A stretch of 63,723 bases of DNA, the filler included, from Saprolegnia diclina VS20 (Eukaryota): NCBI RefSeq assembly GCF_000281045.1. It is 6 parts of 3 records of this genome, joined end to end, with 100 filler letters (N's around TTAATTAATTAA, not from the genome) between each part and the next. Parts side by side here need not be neighbours in the genome. Positions count along the whole stretch, not along the records: positions 1 to 28,571 come from NW_008246071.1; 5 more parts are not named here. One strand, written 5' to 3'. The notes under the pieces were generated by a model. The model was not told the DNA's origin. It saw only the letters and a list, made by a program, of their open reading frames with translations, and ran no database searches. Shown here in pieces: positions 1 through 11,800 of this stretch (positions within the stretch are counted from its first letter, which is position 1; each line of letters begins with the position of its first letter). The position numbers and the translations under genes are program-made.

Positions 1-886
1 CCACGACCGACAACGACTACAAGCACGACCGAGGTACCGGAGCGAAGCACGTACGCGACCATCTTGGACACCGGAGCAACGAAACACCGACCGACTGACC
101 GTAGGCTACGAAAACGACCGAGGTACCGGAGCGGAGCACATGAACGCACTGAAGAAGGGCCTGACTACCACGACCCACATGTAGCATTCGCACGGCTAAA
201 TGTTGAATTCCAAGACGACGACAACTGATATCGACACGCCGTTTGCACGTACTACAAGCCAGAAGCTGCGCCCGTCGACAGCTGTCGGTCGCTCCAGACT
301 GCTTCGAGCTGGGACCGACTCCCTTGTCCACCGAAACTACGACACGGTTGGCGCTCTAATGGTCGGCGGTCGACGCGCATGGCGCTCGACGCAGAGTCGG
401 GTGGTGGCTTGGCTGCTACGCCAGTCACCGAGTAGATGCAGGCCACATACCACGCATCGGGAAGAGGACGCCGAGCTTAATGGCGCATAGTTGGTAGTCG
501 CCGAGGAAGACCCGGCCTAAGGTGATGAACTTAGCGCGGCAAGAGAGGGATTCGTCATTAGGTTATCGTCTTGGGGACTACGTTGCAAATCTCCGACTGC
601 AGAGAAAAAGCCACGCCAGGGATGCAGCGTGTTCTGATTGGTGAAAATGTCCCGTATCTATTTCCACCAATCGAACGCGCCGACTATATTTTCTCGCCTT
701 CAGATTGGCCTTTGAAAGCTTGGGACAAGTTGCCGTTGCGAGAACCATTGCCCATCGCTTTGATGCGCGATTGGTCGAGAATTTCTGGCCTTCTCGATTG
801 TAACCGGTTCAAGAGCCGTAAGGTTAGCCGGTAGCCGGTAGCCGGTTCTGCCAACTGGTATTGATAAGATCTGACTGCCTGCCAGC

Positions 887-1951
887 ATGAGCGACGCAGG
901 CGATGCGAAGGCGAAGCGCTGGTTCCCGCTCGAGTCGAACCCGCAGGTCATGAACGAGTACGCCAAGCGCATGGGCCTTCCTGCGGACTCAGCCTTTGAG
1001 TTCTGCGACGTCTACAGCACCGAAGACTGGGCCCTCGACATGGTGCTCCGCCCCGTCCTCGCCGTCATCATGCTCTTCCCGATCAAGACGCATGTACGTG
1101 GGTATGTAGCATGGCGCGGTTCATCATGGCTTCGTTAGACAGAGGCGTACGCCAAGGAGGAGCGGCAGCGCATCGAAGTGTCGGGCCAAGTCGTGTCGCC
1201 CAACGTCTACTACATGAAGCAAACCGTCGGTACGCGACTCCTCAATGTGGATCCCGGTTCCTAACGCGACGTAGGCAACGCCTGTGGCACTGTCGGCATC
1301 TTGCACGCGCTTGGCAACGTGGGCGACTACGTGGCCTACCGTACGTCTGTCGGCGGTCTCGACATTGCCCTCGAGTGTCCCTCTAGAACCGGGCAGCTTC
1401 TTGCAGACGTTCTTTGAAAAGACGCGCACCAAGACGCCTGACGAGATTGCTGTGATTCTCGAGGGCGACGACGAGGTAGTACATGTGCAATGACCGTTGT
1501 CCTATCGCGAGAATGCCCATATTGCCGAGTAGCTCGAAGAGACACATGCGTCAGCAGCCCAGGAAGGGCAATCCGAGGTACATGCACCTCTGCTCGCATC
1601 ATTGTCGACCCCCTTTGCCCATATGTCGTAGCAACTGGAACACGTGGACGACCCGATCAACACGCACTTTGTGTGTTTTTGGTAATCGCCACGTCACGTG
1701 TATGTGGCGTTGACATGCCGACTAGCACGGTGGACGGCCATCTCTACGAGCTCGACGGGCGCAAGGCCTTTGCGATCAACCACGGCCCGTCATCGCGCGA
1801 GACGCTTCTCGAGGTAGCTTGGCACTTGCTCTATGGTTCCTCATGTTGCTCGGCTCAGGATGCGTGCCGCGTGATCCAGTCGTTCATGCAGCGCGATGCT
1901 GGCGAGGTGCGCTTCACGATCGTCGCCCTTGCGTCCAAGTCCCACGACTAA
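887..1951 (+). CDS. Ubiquitin carboxyl-terminal hydrolase, peptidase C12 (UCH-L3/YUH1-like), multi-exon
   Basis: Exons give [19 protein letters not shown] (oxyanion Q, catalytic C), NTHFVCF (H), LYELDGRK (D), FTIVAL; short GT-AG introns; stop at 1949-1951. Confidence 0.93.
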
Positions 1952-2012
1952 GATGGACGCCGTATCATGATGCCGGAGAAGAATTTGCCGACGACGAACT
2001 TGTATTTCGCGT

Positions 2013-3570
2013 CTAATAAATTACGAGCCGAAGCAGGAGGTTGCCGACGTCGCCAACGTAGACGGCACCAGATCCGTTGACGACCAGCGAGACGGGGTTG
2101 CCAAACGATCCGTTGAGACCGTCGGCGTTACCGTAGAGGCCATTGCCAAACACATTGCGTTGCGTGCCATTGAGGTCGAACGTCTCGACCGTATTCGAGT
2201 ACGTGTCGACAACGTAGAGCGTCGTGTTGACGAGGAAGATACCGGAGGGCGCCATGAAGCTCGTGACGTTGCCGCCACCGCTCGTGGGGTAAAAGCCGGT
2301 CGCGAGGAGCGTCGCGACGTTGGTTGTGGCGATTTCGATGCGGCGGATCGCGTGGTTGTAGTAGTCGCACACGTACAGATACTTGGCGAGCGCATCGACA
2401 GCCATGGATCGAATGCCGTTGAAGCGCGCGCCGGCCCCGTTACCGTCGGCGTACCCCCGCAGCATGTTGCCAGCGAGCACAAACGTGCTGCCATCCGTCT
2501 GGATCTACATGCGCTGTCAGACTATGACAGTACACAAGTCGTCGACGTACGACTTGGATGAATGTGCCGTAGCCAACATAGACCACCCCATGGAGGTCGA
2601 CAGCGACCGAGATCGGAGCATTTGCGAGCGCCGCGTCCATGTTGTCGTCAAACCCGCCGGCTACAACCCCACCGGACAAGGATTCGCTGAGGAGGGTCGT
2701 GACGAGGCCGTTCGCGATCTTGCGTACATCCAAGCTGTCCCGGTCCGCGACGTACACCGAGCCAAAGCGATCGACGGCGATACCGCACGGGTATCGGAAT
2801 TGCGCGGTGGCGATAGGGCCGTTCACCTCTCTAGTGCATGGATCAGACGAGAGCTCCTGAGATTGCGTAACGAACCCGTAGTCGCCCGTGCCAGCCAAGA
2901 CATGCAGCGTCGTGTCGTTCAGCACGTAGATCTGGTTGGTCGCAGCGCTGGCGATATAGATAATGCCGTCGGGGTCAATGGCCATGGCGACGGCTTTGAT
3001 GCCGCTGAGCAGCGTCACGATAAAGGGCTGGCCCCCGGCGCAACACACGGGCGACGGTGAATTCGTGTTGCCAAACACAAAGATGAGCACGATGCCGGCC
3101 ACGATGCACGTCGCGAGGAGTAGGAGCAAGCATTGCCGCGTGCGCTTGAAGATCTGCCGCCGCCGGTTCACGAACGACGCCTTCTCTTGCAGCATGCGCA
3201 TGCTCTGGGCGCGGTGCAAGATGCTCGCGCGCTTTTCCTTGTGGCTCGTTGCCCGCGTGGATGGTACCTTGTATTTGATGCTCGTGCGCAGATGGCGATC
3301 AACGTGGTCGAGCGTCGGGAGGATCTTGGACGTGGTTGAATTCATATGGAAGGTTGATGTCATGGGCTTGGGCACGAGGTCGATGCGCGTCGACGCGAGG
3401 TCCTTCTTGGACGTCGGCGCACTCGTGGCGTTCTCGCTGGGCGGCGCCGACTCGCGCCGGAACGACGTGATGACGCTGCGTCGCTTGACCGACGACGACT
3501 GCGTGTCCAGCGGCGTCAGCCGGTGTACCTTGGTGATGGCTATCGGCGGGTCCGCCGGTCCGTCGGCCAT
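2013..3570 (-). CDS. Single-pass membrane protein with C-terminal NHL-repeat beta-propeller
   Basis: Low-complexity N-terminus, hydrophobic helix CLLLLLATCIVAGIVLIFVFG, then NHL repeats (AQFRYPCGIAVDRFGSVYVAD, ARFNGIRSMAVD..LYVCDYYNHAIRRI, FGNPVSLVV..VYVGD). One intron near 2506-2550 joins the two ORFs. Confidence 0.8.
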
Positions 3571-3812
3571 CCTCCTCGTCGCAACGCCCGGATCAACTAT
3601 TAACGCCCGTCGTTACGACGATATATCGGCCCAAAATAGCTCGCCACATAATAATAGTGTCTCGACCTTAGCTCGAGTTGAAATATTAGAGCGCGCATCC
3701 CCGTAGTACCTACTCGCACAGGCCCAAAGGACGCCGTAAATACGCGAGAATCCCGTCGGCAGGAGGACTTGAACCCACAAGCGCGCGGCTGGAGCTTGCC
3801 TTTTTTGGAATG

Positions 3813-3863
3813 GGCGCCAATTTCGCGCCGGATACACGAATTGTCCGGATACGGGATTTCAAA
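3813..3863. promoter_or_regulatory. Cluster of E2F-like sites, two CCGGATAC motifs and a CHR-like hexamer in a divergent promoter
   Basis: GGCGCCAA 3813-3820, TTTCGCGC 3821-3828, CCGGATAC 3828-3835 and 3845-3852, TTCAAA (reverse of TTTGAA) 3858-3863, 40-90 nt upstream of the CXC gene ATG. Confidence 0.4.
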
Positions 3864-3901
3864 GCTGCACTTGACCGCGGAGTTTCGATTCGGCGAGCAG
3901 G

Positions 3902-4920
3902 ATGAGCGCCCGCAGCGCTGTCCGAGTCGAGGTCGATGGGCCCGAGGTGAAGGCCAAGCCTGCGAAGCGGTCGCCCCTGAGCGCGCTCTCGGTGAGCGAC
4001 GTGAGCAACCAGGCCAAGCGGCCGCGCCTCGAGGACGCGCCGGTGAGCCCTGCCGTGAGCGAGCCCGCCATTGACGACGACGACGACGAGCGCCCCGACG
4101 AGGTCAATGCAGCCTGGCTCGACATGTGCTACGCGCTTTTGGCTCGGAAACGTGGCATGAAAGGGCTGCCGGCGGCCAAGCTCCCGGTGCTTGCCATCTC
4201 GACGGTCGCGATCGAGCGGCCCGCCATGGCATTGTCAGCAGCCGACATCGGGCCCGAGTCGCGGGAAGCAGACATTGAAGTGCTTGCTGAGCAGCTGCAC
4301 AAGGAGAGCCATGCCTCGACGACGTGCTGCGGGTGCAAGACGGGCTGTCTCAAGCTGTACGATCTGTGTACTCGTACGCTGTGGAGCTCATGCGGTTGCA
4401 TAGGTATTGCCGATGCTTTCTCACAAAAGGCTTTTGTACACCGCAATGCGGCTGTACGAGCTGTATGAACACACGAACATCGACCGATCGCCTCAGCGCG
4501 ATTACAGCCCATTTGAAAAACAACATCCACGCCTTCCGATCCTCGACGGCGCCGGCGACCATGAGCCATGGGAAGCTCGGGCCCGCGCCGTCGGCCTCGA
4601 TCCGCCACCAGTTTATTCCGCTCGTTCCAAACGTACGCGTCGGCGTCATGTCGATCCATAGCTCACGGCCACACTCTTAGGTCGGTGCGAACGCGATCAC
4701 GTGTCGCTGTAAAAAGTCCAAGTGCTCAAAAAAGTACTGCGACTGCTACCAAGCCGGCGTGCCGTGCGGCCCCAAGTGCCAATGCCGCGACTGCTGCAAC
4801 CATACGCCGCAGGAAACCAATGTCAAGCAAGTCCTCTACGCGCACGACACGATCAAGGTGCTCGTGACGCGCAAGCCACGGCAAAACACCATCACCAAGT
4901 CGGTGCGAGTACAACTCTAA
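3902..4920 (+). CDS. Tesmin/TSO1-like CXC (CRC) domain protein, LIN54-like
   Basis: Two CXC motifs after splicing: [32 protein letters not shown] and [33 protein letters not shown], joined by hinge [16 protein letters not shown]; stop TAA at 4918-4920. Confidence 0.88.
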
Positions 4921-4970
4921 GTCGCCACCTTCCTCATATATCTATATACAATCGGCGGCTCTTTACGTGC

Positions 4971-5896
4971 TTACGACGTTTCGCGCGAAATGAGGCGGCG
5001 CCACGTATTTTCCTGGACTTCGTTTTGGAGAATCTCGTAGATCTGCGTACAGCCTTCCATCGCTGTCGTCATGAGCGACTATGTCGCAGTATAAGACTTC
5101 GCCATATGCATCGCAACAACGTACTTCGAAAATCTCGAGCGGCAGTTTGCATTCCATTTGCACGAGCGTGAGCTACGAGATGGCGATGAGTGCATGGATG
5201 CAGGAGGATATGGGATACCTTGTCGTTGCGCGGGGTCAAGGCGACCGCAAGGTCGGGGCACCGGGCGTTTTGCTCGGTTTGGTTCAAGTCTATCGTACGG
5301 GCGTGAGCTATCGCGGCGTCGGACAAGCATCGTGTACCGCAGAGAAGCGTTTGCTGAATGTAGCCGGCCGAGCAGGCCACGACAAAGTCCTTCATGGCAA
5401 TGCCAGCATCGACCAGCGCCAGCGTGACCGCGTTGATACACGCCGCGAGCTCGCCTAGATGCCGTCTATGAGTGCTGCAGACGCACAGCAACGACGTACC
5501 GCCATCGGCGTGGAGCACTTGCACAAAAATGTCGATCTGGGACCGCGGGTACAAATGAGTTGAGATGTTGGCCTCGAAAATCTGCAGAATCGCGAGCGAT
5601 GTCTCGAGCTTCTTGCGGTCCGCCTTGTGCGTGACCTTGCGCTCGCTCGTCGCGAACGGCGCCTGCGTCACCTCGCACGTAACGCGCGCCTTGGTCTCCG
5701 CCGCCTCCTCGGCGGTCTTGCGCCCCGTGTGCTCCTTGGGGCCGTAGACGACCGCCATGACTTTGGTCTGGCCCTGCTCGACGTACGCAGAGCCGTCAAC
5801 ACGCTGGAAGAGACCGAACTTGGCGCGGACGCGGCGAACTTCGTTGGGCCGGCGGCCATCGACCCGGAGGCCCGCGACGCTCACAAACTCCTTCAT
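4971..5896 (-). CDS. RRP41: Exosome complex component RRP41 (RNase PH family), multi-exon
   Basis: GLRVDGRRPNEVRR, DGSAYVEQGQTKVMAVVYGP, LYPRSQIDIFVQVLHADGG, CINAVTLALVDAGIAMKD. Last exon ends ...ISRETS* at 4971. An alternative upstream ATG lies at 5920. Confidence 0.93.
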
Positions 5897-6757
5897 GCTG
5901 TGATCCAATATGGCTGGCATTTTGATTGGACGCCGATGAAAATAGGACTTTCGGTCATATCCGAACACTAATGTCCTACATCAGGACATGAAGCCTGGGA
6001 CAAGATGATGGCGTCGATCGAAGGTCGGCAAATCGGCCCGGATCTCTGCTTGGCCGCAACCAACACAATCCATGCGACCATCGCTTGGCGGCTATCGCAG
6101 CGCGCAGCTTGCACAAAGGTAGACATCCTCACACGCCGACGTTCGCTCTCGCGGTGCCACGCGTCGCCTCGCAGCTCGTTGCGCCAGCGATGACGATACA
6201 CCTATTAGGAGGCAGCAGGAACGAGCCAGAGAGTGATGCGCATTTTATTGGCGCCGTGGGACAGGTCGACCGCCTTGATGCACATCAAAAGTGTGGCGAT
6301 CTCCGCCGTCGAGAGCCAGGCCCACGCCGTGTTTTCTGCGTCCTGCGCTTCATGGAGACACTAAGATCTATATGCATCGGTACCGTTGGACGCGGCTGCT
6401 CGCAACGACCCCCCGTAAGCGCTTGCCCTTGGCGTGCGGCCATCGTCGGTGTGGGATTGGTCGTACGAACGGGCCAATCGCGGCCGCCCGTTTGCGTGTC
6501 AACGCGGTATCCGGATTTCGAGAACGCACCACGGACCAAGCGAGGTAATAAAATTCAGCGATGCGTGTCATCGAATAAAATTACGCGCTTCAACATGGTT
6601 GGTGGATGAGGTTGACACGCCGGGGCGCAGATATTCGAAGGATCGCGCGCCTCCTCGCAAGAACGTAGTCGTCGTGGTAATAATAATCGACGGGAAGGAT
6701 CCCGACTTAAAAGTTATAATAGGGTCGTGGCGTCCGTGGGGTCTATCTAGTTGTTTT

Positions 6758-7669
6758 TTAGTGTACGGGTTGGTCCCGCTCGCGATGGAGGCCGAGGAGC
6801 GACTTGGCCGCGAGGATCTCGAGGTCTCGAAAGCCACTCTTGACGACCACGTCCTTGCGTGCGTCCGACCACGTGTCCGAATCGCCAGAGTCGCCGCTCG
6901 CCTCGGCGTCCGTCGGCTCGCGCTTCATGCGCTTGACCACTTTTTCGGGCACCGAGTTGAACCGGAAGCTGTCGTCTTCGTCCACAGACGCACTGCGCGG
7001 TGACGTTGGCGGTGACGATGGCGCAACGAACGTAATGTTGGACGGCACATCGAGCTTCGCGCCGCGCGGCCCGCCACGGCCTGTCGAGAGAAAGTTCTTG
7101 ACTTCGACGCCCGACTGCCGCAGCACAGGCTGCCATAGTCGTTTCCGCGCGTTCGTAAACCAGTTGGAGAGCTGCTTGACCTCGATGCCGGCCTCGGCCG
7201 CGAGCTCCTCCTTCTCTTCCTCGCTCGGGTACGGGTGCGCAAAGTGCTCGGGCGAGAACATCCACGCCTTTAACACGTTCTTCGCCTCGGGGTTGAGCGT
7301 CCCTCGTCGCGTGCCCTTCTTGCGCTTCCCAAAGTCGGCGTCCATCATCTTGTTCTCGCTCGGGCTCGTTTCCGGGAACGGCGGCGGCGGTGTGTAGTGG
7401 AGTGGCGTCTCGCATGCCGCCGGAATCTTGAGTGCCGTGAGCTTCTTCTCGACCGAGATGTACGGTTCGAGCGCGCGCATGTGCGCAGCGTCGCGCCATG
7501 TATCGCACGTAGTCCCCGAGACTTTGAGTTGCAGCTGGCTCGGGTGCGCGGGCGGCGTCGGGCTCGGGCGTCGGGGCGGCGTCGTAAACTCGGTCGCTGG
7601 CGTCGGGCTCACGGGCCGCGTGTTGATCGTGTCCAGCGTGAGCTTGGTCGTTGTCTTGAGCTTGTCCAT
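6758..7669 (-). CDS. TALE-class homeodomain transcription factor
   Basis: RRGTL..EAKNVLKAWMFSPEHFAHPYPSEEEKEELA..GIEVKQLSNWFTNARKRLWQP, with the PYP loop extension and WFxNxRxR; intronless 303 aa ORF. Confidence 0.92.
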   Translation of the reverse strand: MDKLKTTTKLTLDTINTRPVSPTPATEFTTPPRRPSPTPPAHPSQLQLKVSGTTCDTWRDAAHMRALEPYISVEKKLTALKIPAACETPLHYTPPPPFPETSPSENKMMDADFGKRKKGTRRGTLNPEAKNVLKAWMFSPEHFAHPYPSEEEKEELAAEAGIEVKQLSNWFTNARKRLWQPVLRQSGVEVKNFLSTGRGGPRGAKLDVPSNITFVAPSSPPTSPRSASVDEDDSFRFNSVPEKVVKRMKREPTDAEASGDSGDSDTWSDARKDVVVKSGFRDLEILAAKSLLGLHRERDQPVH

Positions 7670-8883
7670 GCTGGTCTCCTGTGATGCGCTGTGGTCCGTG
7701 TCTCAAGCGTTCGCTAATCAGTTGAGTGCTTGATGGCTTTTTTGTGAGTGATTTGGAAACTGGGCAATAAAACACGTAGAAGATTACTTAGAGAGCTTTT
7801 GTATGGGCAATACGTTCGATTCGGTGCCTTTGACCACCGTCGCTCGCCCATCAGTGCGTACATTGTCCATTCGAATGTACGCCTCTACTTGCTCTTAGTA
7901 TGCATGCGAGATTGTACGTGTACATTCGCCGTACGCACCACGTCCGGCCGTTGTGTTGGTTTCCCAACGTGTTCTGTTGCATTCACGCCACTCAACTACA
8001 AGCCGCAAGGTTTGTGTTTAAAACCTGTTCAAAACGTAATGTTCGATGTCTCATCGCTGTAACAACACCGTTCCTCTGCAAACCTTATATCGGCGGTGCC
8101 GCCCCTTCCGGCGCTGTGATAACCTTCGGCATGTCCGGAAGATTCGCTGATTGGCAAGTGAAAGGCCCGCGTTCGGAAATCGAAGGATCCCGCCGTCCGA
8201 TGGCCATCAAAACCCGCCCTTCGATATCGAATGATACGCCTGCGAAGCGTCGGACACGCCGCGCGCGCCAAGATCGCGGGTCTGACGGCGTCCCGCGCTA
8301 ACCTCGGCAGCCACGTCTCTAGCCTGCCGATGCATATAGCGTGCGCATCATCGCGACCTTGAAGCTGTGCCCATACTGTTCTTTTGGCGGTTGCCGCACC
8401 GGTCGTCCAACGGTACCCAATTCGGGCCATCCTGGCGGAGCCTGTCAAGAAAGCACCAACAGCATCGCATGCAGCGACGACTCGGTTCTTTGTTTGATGT
8501 CAAACGACGCGACTGTGGTGTCCTGTCAGCGAAGGCCGGTGAAGCGACGGTGACTAACACCACTGTACTTGAACCCGACTACACTTGTATATTCGAGAAC
8601 ACGAAATCATCCGAGAAGGCGCGGCGAGCCGAGTGTATTGGTGGCTGGACTTGGTCGCGTAGCCTTCTGTAATGTATAAGGCCTCGCTGACAAAGCAGCC
8701 TTCCTACTAGTATGACTTGGGAGGGCGCCCCATATCGGGTTCGATGCGTGTCATGATCCGTTGACTAGCATGCGTAGAGAAAGCGCGCGGGCAAGCTCGC
8801 GTGTCGTATCCGGCACCGTATCCGGATGGCTGATCCGGCGATCAAAGACAAGTTTGGACCCCACGAGGACGACGACGACGGGT

Positions 8884-11800
8884 ATGGACTGGGCGAAGCT
8901 GCTATCGCCCCATCAAGGGACCGACTGGACCTTGGCGGAGGACGCGGCCTTGGCCGTCCAGCTCAAGCTCTTCTCGCAGACGCTCCTCGCGCGGACCAAG
9001 GCGCTCGAGAACTCGATCTGGGAGCTCGGACGGGACGCGGAGCGCGCAGACGTGCGGCTCAACAACTCGATCAACCAGTTCTTAATGCTGAGCGACAGCC
9101 AATTCATTGAGAACCGCGTGTACGAAGAAGAGGAAGACGATGTGGTCGTGGCACCGGCGGACGCGGACGGAGCGGCGCAGCCGACGAGCGACGACAAGCC
9201 GGTCGAGCCCGAGCCGGCCAAGGACGAGCCGGCCAAGAAGAAGGACATCCAGGTCGTCGATCAGTATCGGTACGCCCGTTGCGATGTACTACATGTGTCT
9301 GATGCACATGCGATTAGGGCGGCGCTGGAGATGGGCATGACCGCCATGAAGCTCTTCTCGGTCGGCAACGACGAGGACGACGATGTCGTCGACATTTACA
9401 ACGAGCGTCCATTGCCGTTTGTCATTGGCACGAAGGAGTTTCTCGAGGATGAGTACTTGGGCCTCGGCGCGGCGCCCGACTCGGACACGGACGACGACGG
9501 CAGCGAGGCGTACAGCAGCTCGGACGTCTCGGAGAGCGAGGACGAGTCGGAAGAGGAAGAGTCCGAGTCGGAAGAAGACGGGTCAGACGAAGATGAATCG
9601 GAAGATGACGAAGACGAGGTGCAGCACGATAGCAGTGCACGCCCTCGACCGCCAATGCCGCCGATGCCGCCAAAGCCAGCGGCTGCCCACGTCGACGACT
9701 CGGACGACTCGGACGACTCGGAAGACCTTTTCGGCTTCAAGCCGTCGACGGCGTCCAAGCCTGCGCCGCCCAAGCGCGGTGGCCTCTTTGGCGTGGACAG
9801 CGACGACGAGAGCGAGGCGTCGGGCCACGATGGACACCACTCGTCGCTCTTTGCCGCCCAAGAAACAAAGACTGGTGACTTGTTTGACGGTCGTGCGGCG
9901 CCACCGCCAGCTGCACCTACGGCCCGCCCGCCCGTGAACGACCTCTTCAGCGAGCTCAAGGCCTCGGCCGCAGCCCGGCAGCAACCCAAGCCAGCGTCGA
10001 CCGGCCAAGCGCTGTTTGGCGAAAGCGACAGCGACGCCGAATCGACGAGCAGCGGCCTTTTTGGCTGCCAGTCAACTGTCAACATGTCTCGAAAGGCGTC
10101 CCTTCCGCCGGCCACGAAACCAGCGTTCGACGTGGATTCCGACTCGGAGTCGAGCTTGTTTGGGTCCTCGCGTGCGCAGCCCAAGGCGCCGGTTGTCCCC
10201 GCACCAACGGCAGCGCCGTCCCTGCCGCCGCCGCAGCAATCGAAGCGACTCTTTGGCGACACCAGTGACGACGACGATGACTCGATGGGCCTCTTTGGCC
10301 GCCCGGCAGCCAAATCGACGCCGGCTGCGCCCGTCGCGGCACCGCCCGTGTCGGCACCCCCTGCCGCGCCAAAAAAACCGGCCATGTTTGACAGCGACAG
10401 CGACGACGACGACCATGGTGGCTTATTTGGCGCACCGAAAAGCAAGCCGACAAATGCGGCAGCTCCGATGGACACGAAACCGGCGGCCCCGATGGCTCCG
10501 GTGCCGCCACGAATGACACCGGCCGCCAAGCCAAACACCCTCTTTGGCAACGACAGTGATGACAGCGACGACGACGGCGGTGGCTTGTTTGGGGCGCCCA
10601 AGGCGGCGCCGACACCCTCGATTGCGGTACCGCCACCAAAACCTGTCGCGCCACAGCCCCCAGTGGTCTCGCAGCCCCCAGTGGTCTCGCAGCCTCCTGT
10701 GGTCTCGCAGCCTCCTGTGGTCTCGCAGCCTCCCGTGGTCGCGCCTGTGGCGACGAGGGCGCCGTCGAAAGCGTCCAACCTATTTGGCGGCTCTGATGAC
10801 GACAGTGATGACGATGGTGGCCTCTTTGGCAAGCCGCCGCCGGCCAAGCCTACGATGGTCACAATCACCGAGACGACAACAACGACGACGACGACGACGA
10901 TCGCGCCGCAGACGCGACTGCACAGTTTATTTAAATCCGACGAGGTCGACGCGAGTGCGTCAAGCGCGAGTCTCTTTGGGACGCCGCAGCGGCCGTCGTC
11001 GCGCAAAAACTTGTTTGCGCCCGAGCCCAAGACGTCGAGTACGCTCTTTGGCGACGACAGCGATAACGAGTCGACGGCCAGCGGCCTCTTTGGGTCGTCC
11101 AACAAGAAGCCGGCGCCGGTCGTCGCACCACCGGTGGTGGCTGCGCCAGCCGTCATTGTGCCCAAGCCGATCGCGCAGCCGCCCAAAGCGGTTGTGCCCC
11201 CGAAACAGGAGAGCGACGACGAGTGGAGCGACGACGATAGCAATGGTGGTGGGCTCTTCGGACGCGCGTCCTCGAGTCTGCAACCCAAACCTACGCCCGC
11301 TCCGTCCACGGCCTCCACGTCGAATTTGTTTGGCCAGCCCATGGCGGCGCCCGCGCCCCAGGCAAGCCTCTTTGGGGCGCCGTCGGCAGCGACACTGCAA
11401 CCCGTAGCGTCGCTTCAGCCTGCTGCGTCGCTCTACTCTGCTGCCTCTCTGCAACCGGCGGCTTCCCTTCAAGCGGCGGCGCCCCTACAGCCTGCGGCGT
11501 CTCCACAGCCCGCAATGGTAGTCCAGCCCAGCAACACAAGTCTCTTTGGTCAACCGTTGACTGCTGCGCCGGCGCAAGCTAGCCTCTTTGGCGCATCGTC
11601 CTCGTCGAGTTCGCTTTTCGGGGCGGCGCCATCGTCGAGTCCGCCGCTGCCGACGGCCGCCGGGTCGTCCCTCTTTGGTTCGGCACCGTCTACTGGCCCA
11701 TCGCTCCCAACTGCGACAAGCTCGTCTCTCTTTGGCTCGATTTCAACGTCGGGCCCACCGGCTCCCGCTGCCAGCAACTCTTCCCTCTTCGGTGCGGCTC

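Noticed and set aside
825..846. (TAGCCGG)x3 upstream of the UCH gene
   Set aside because: Short simple repeat with no other support.
10652..10741. CRISPR-like or regulatory array
   Set aside because: No spacers; simply an in-frame coding repeat in a eukaryotic gene.
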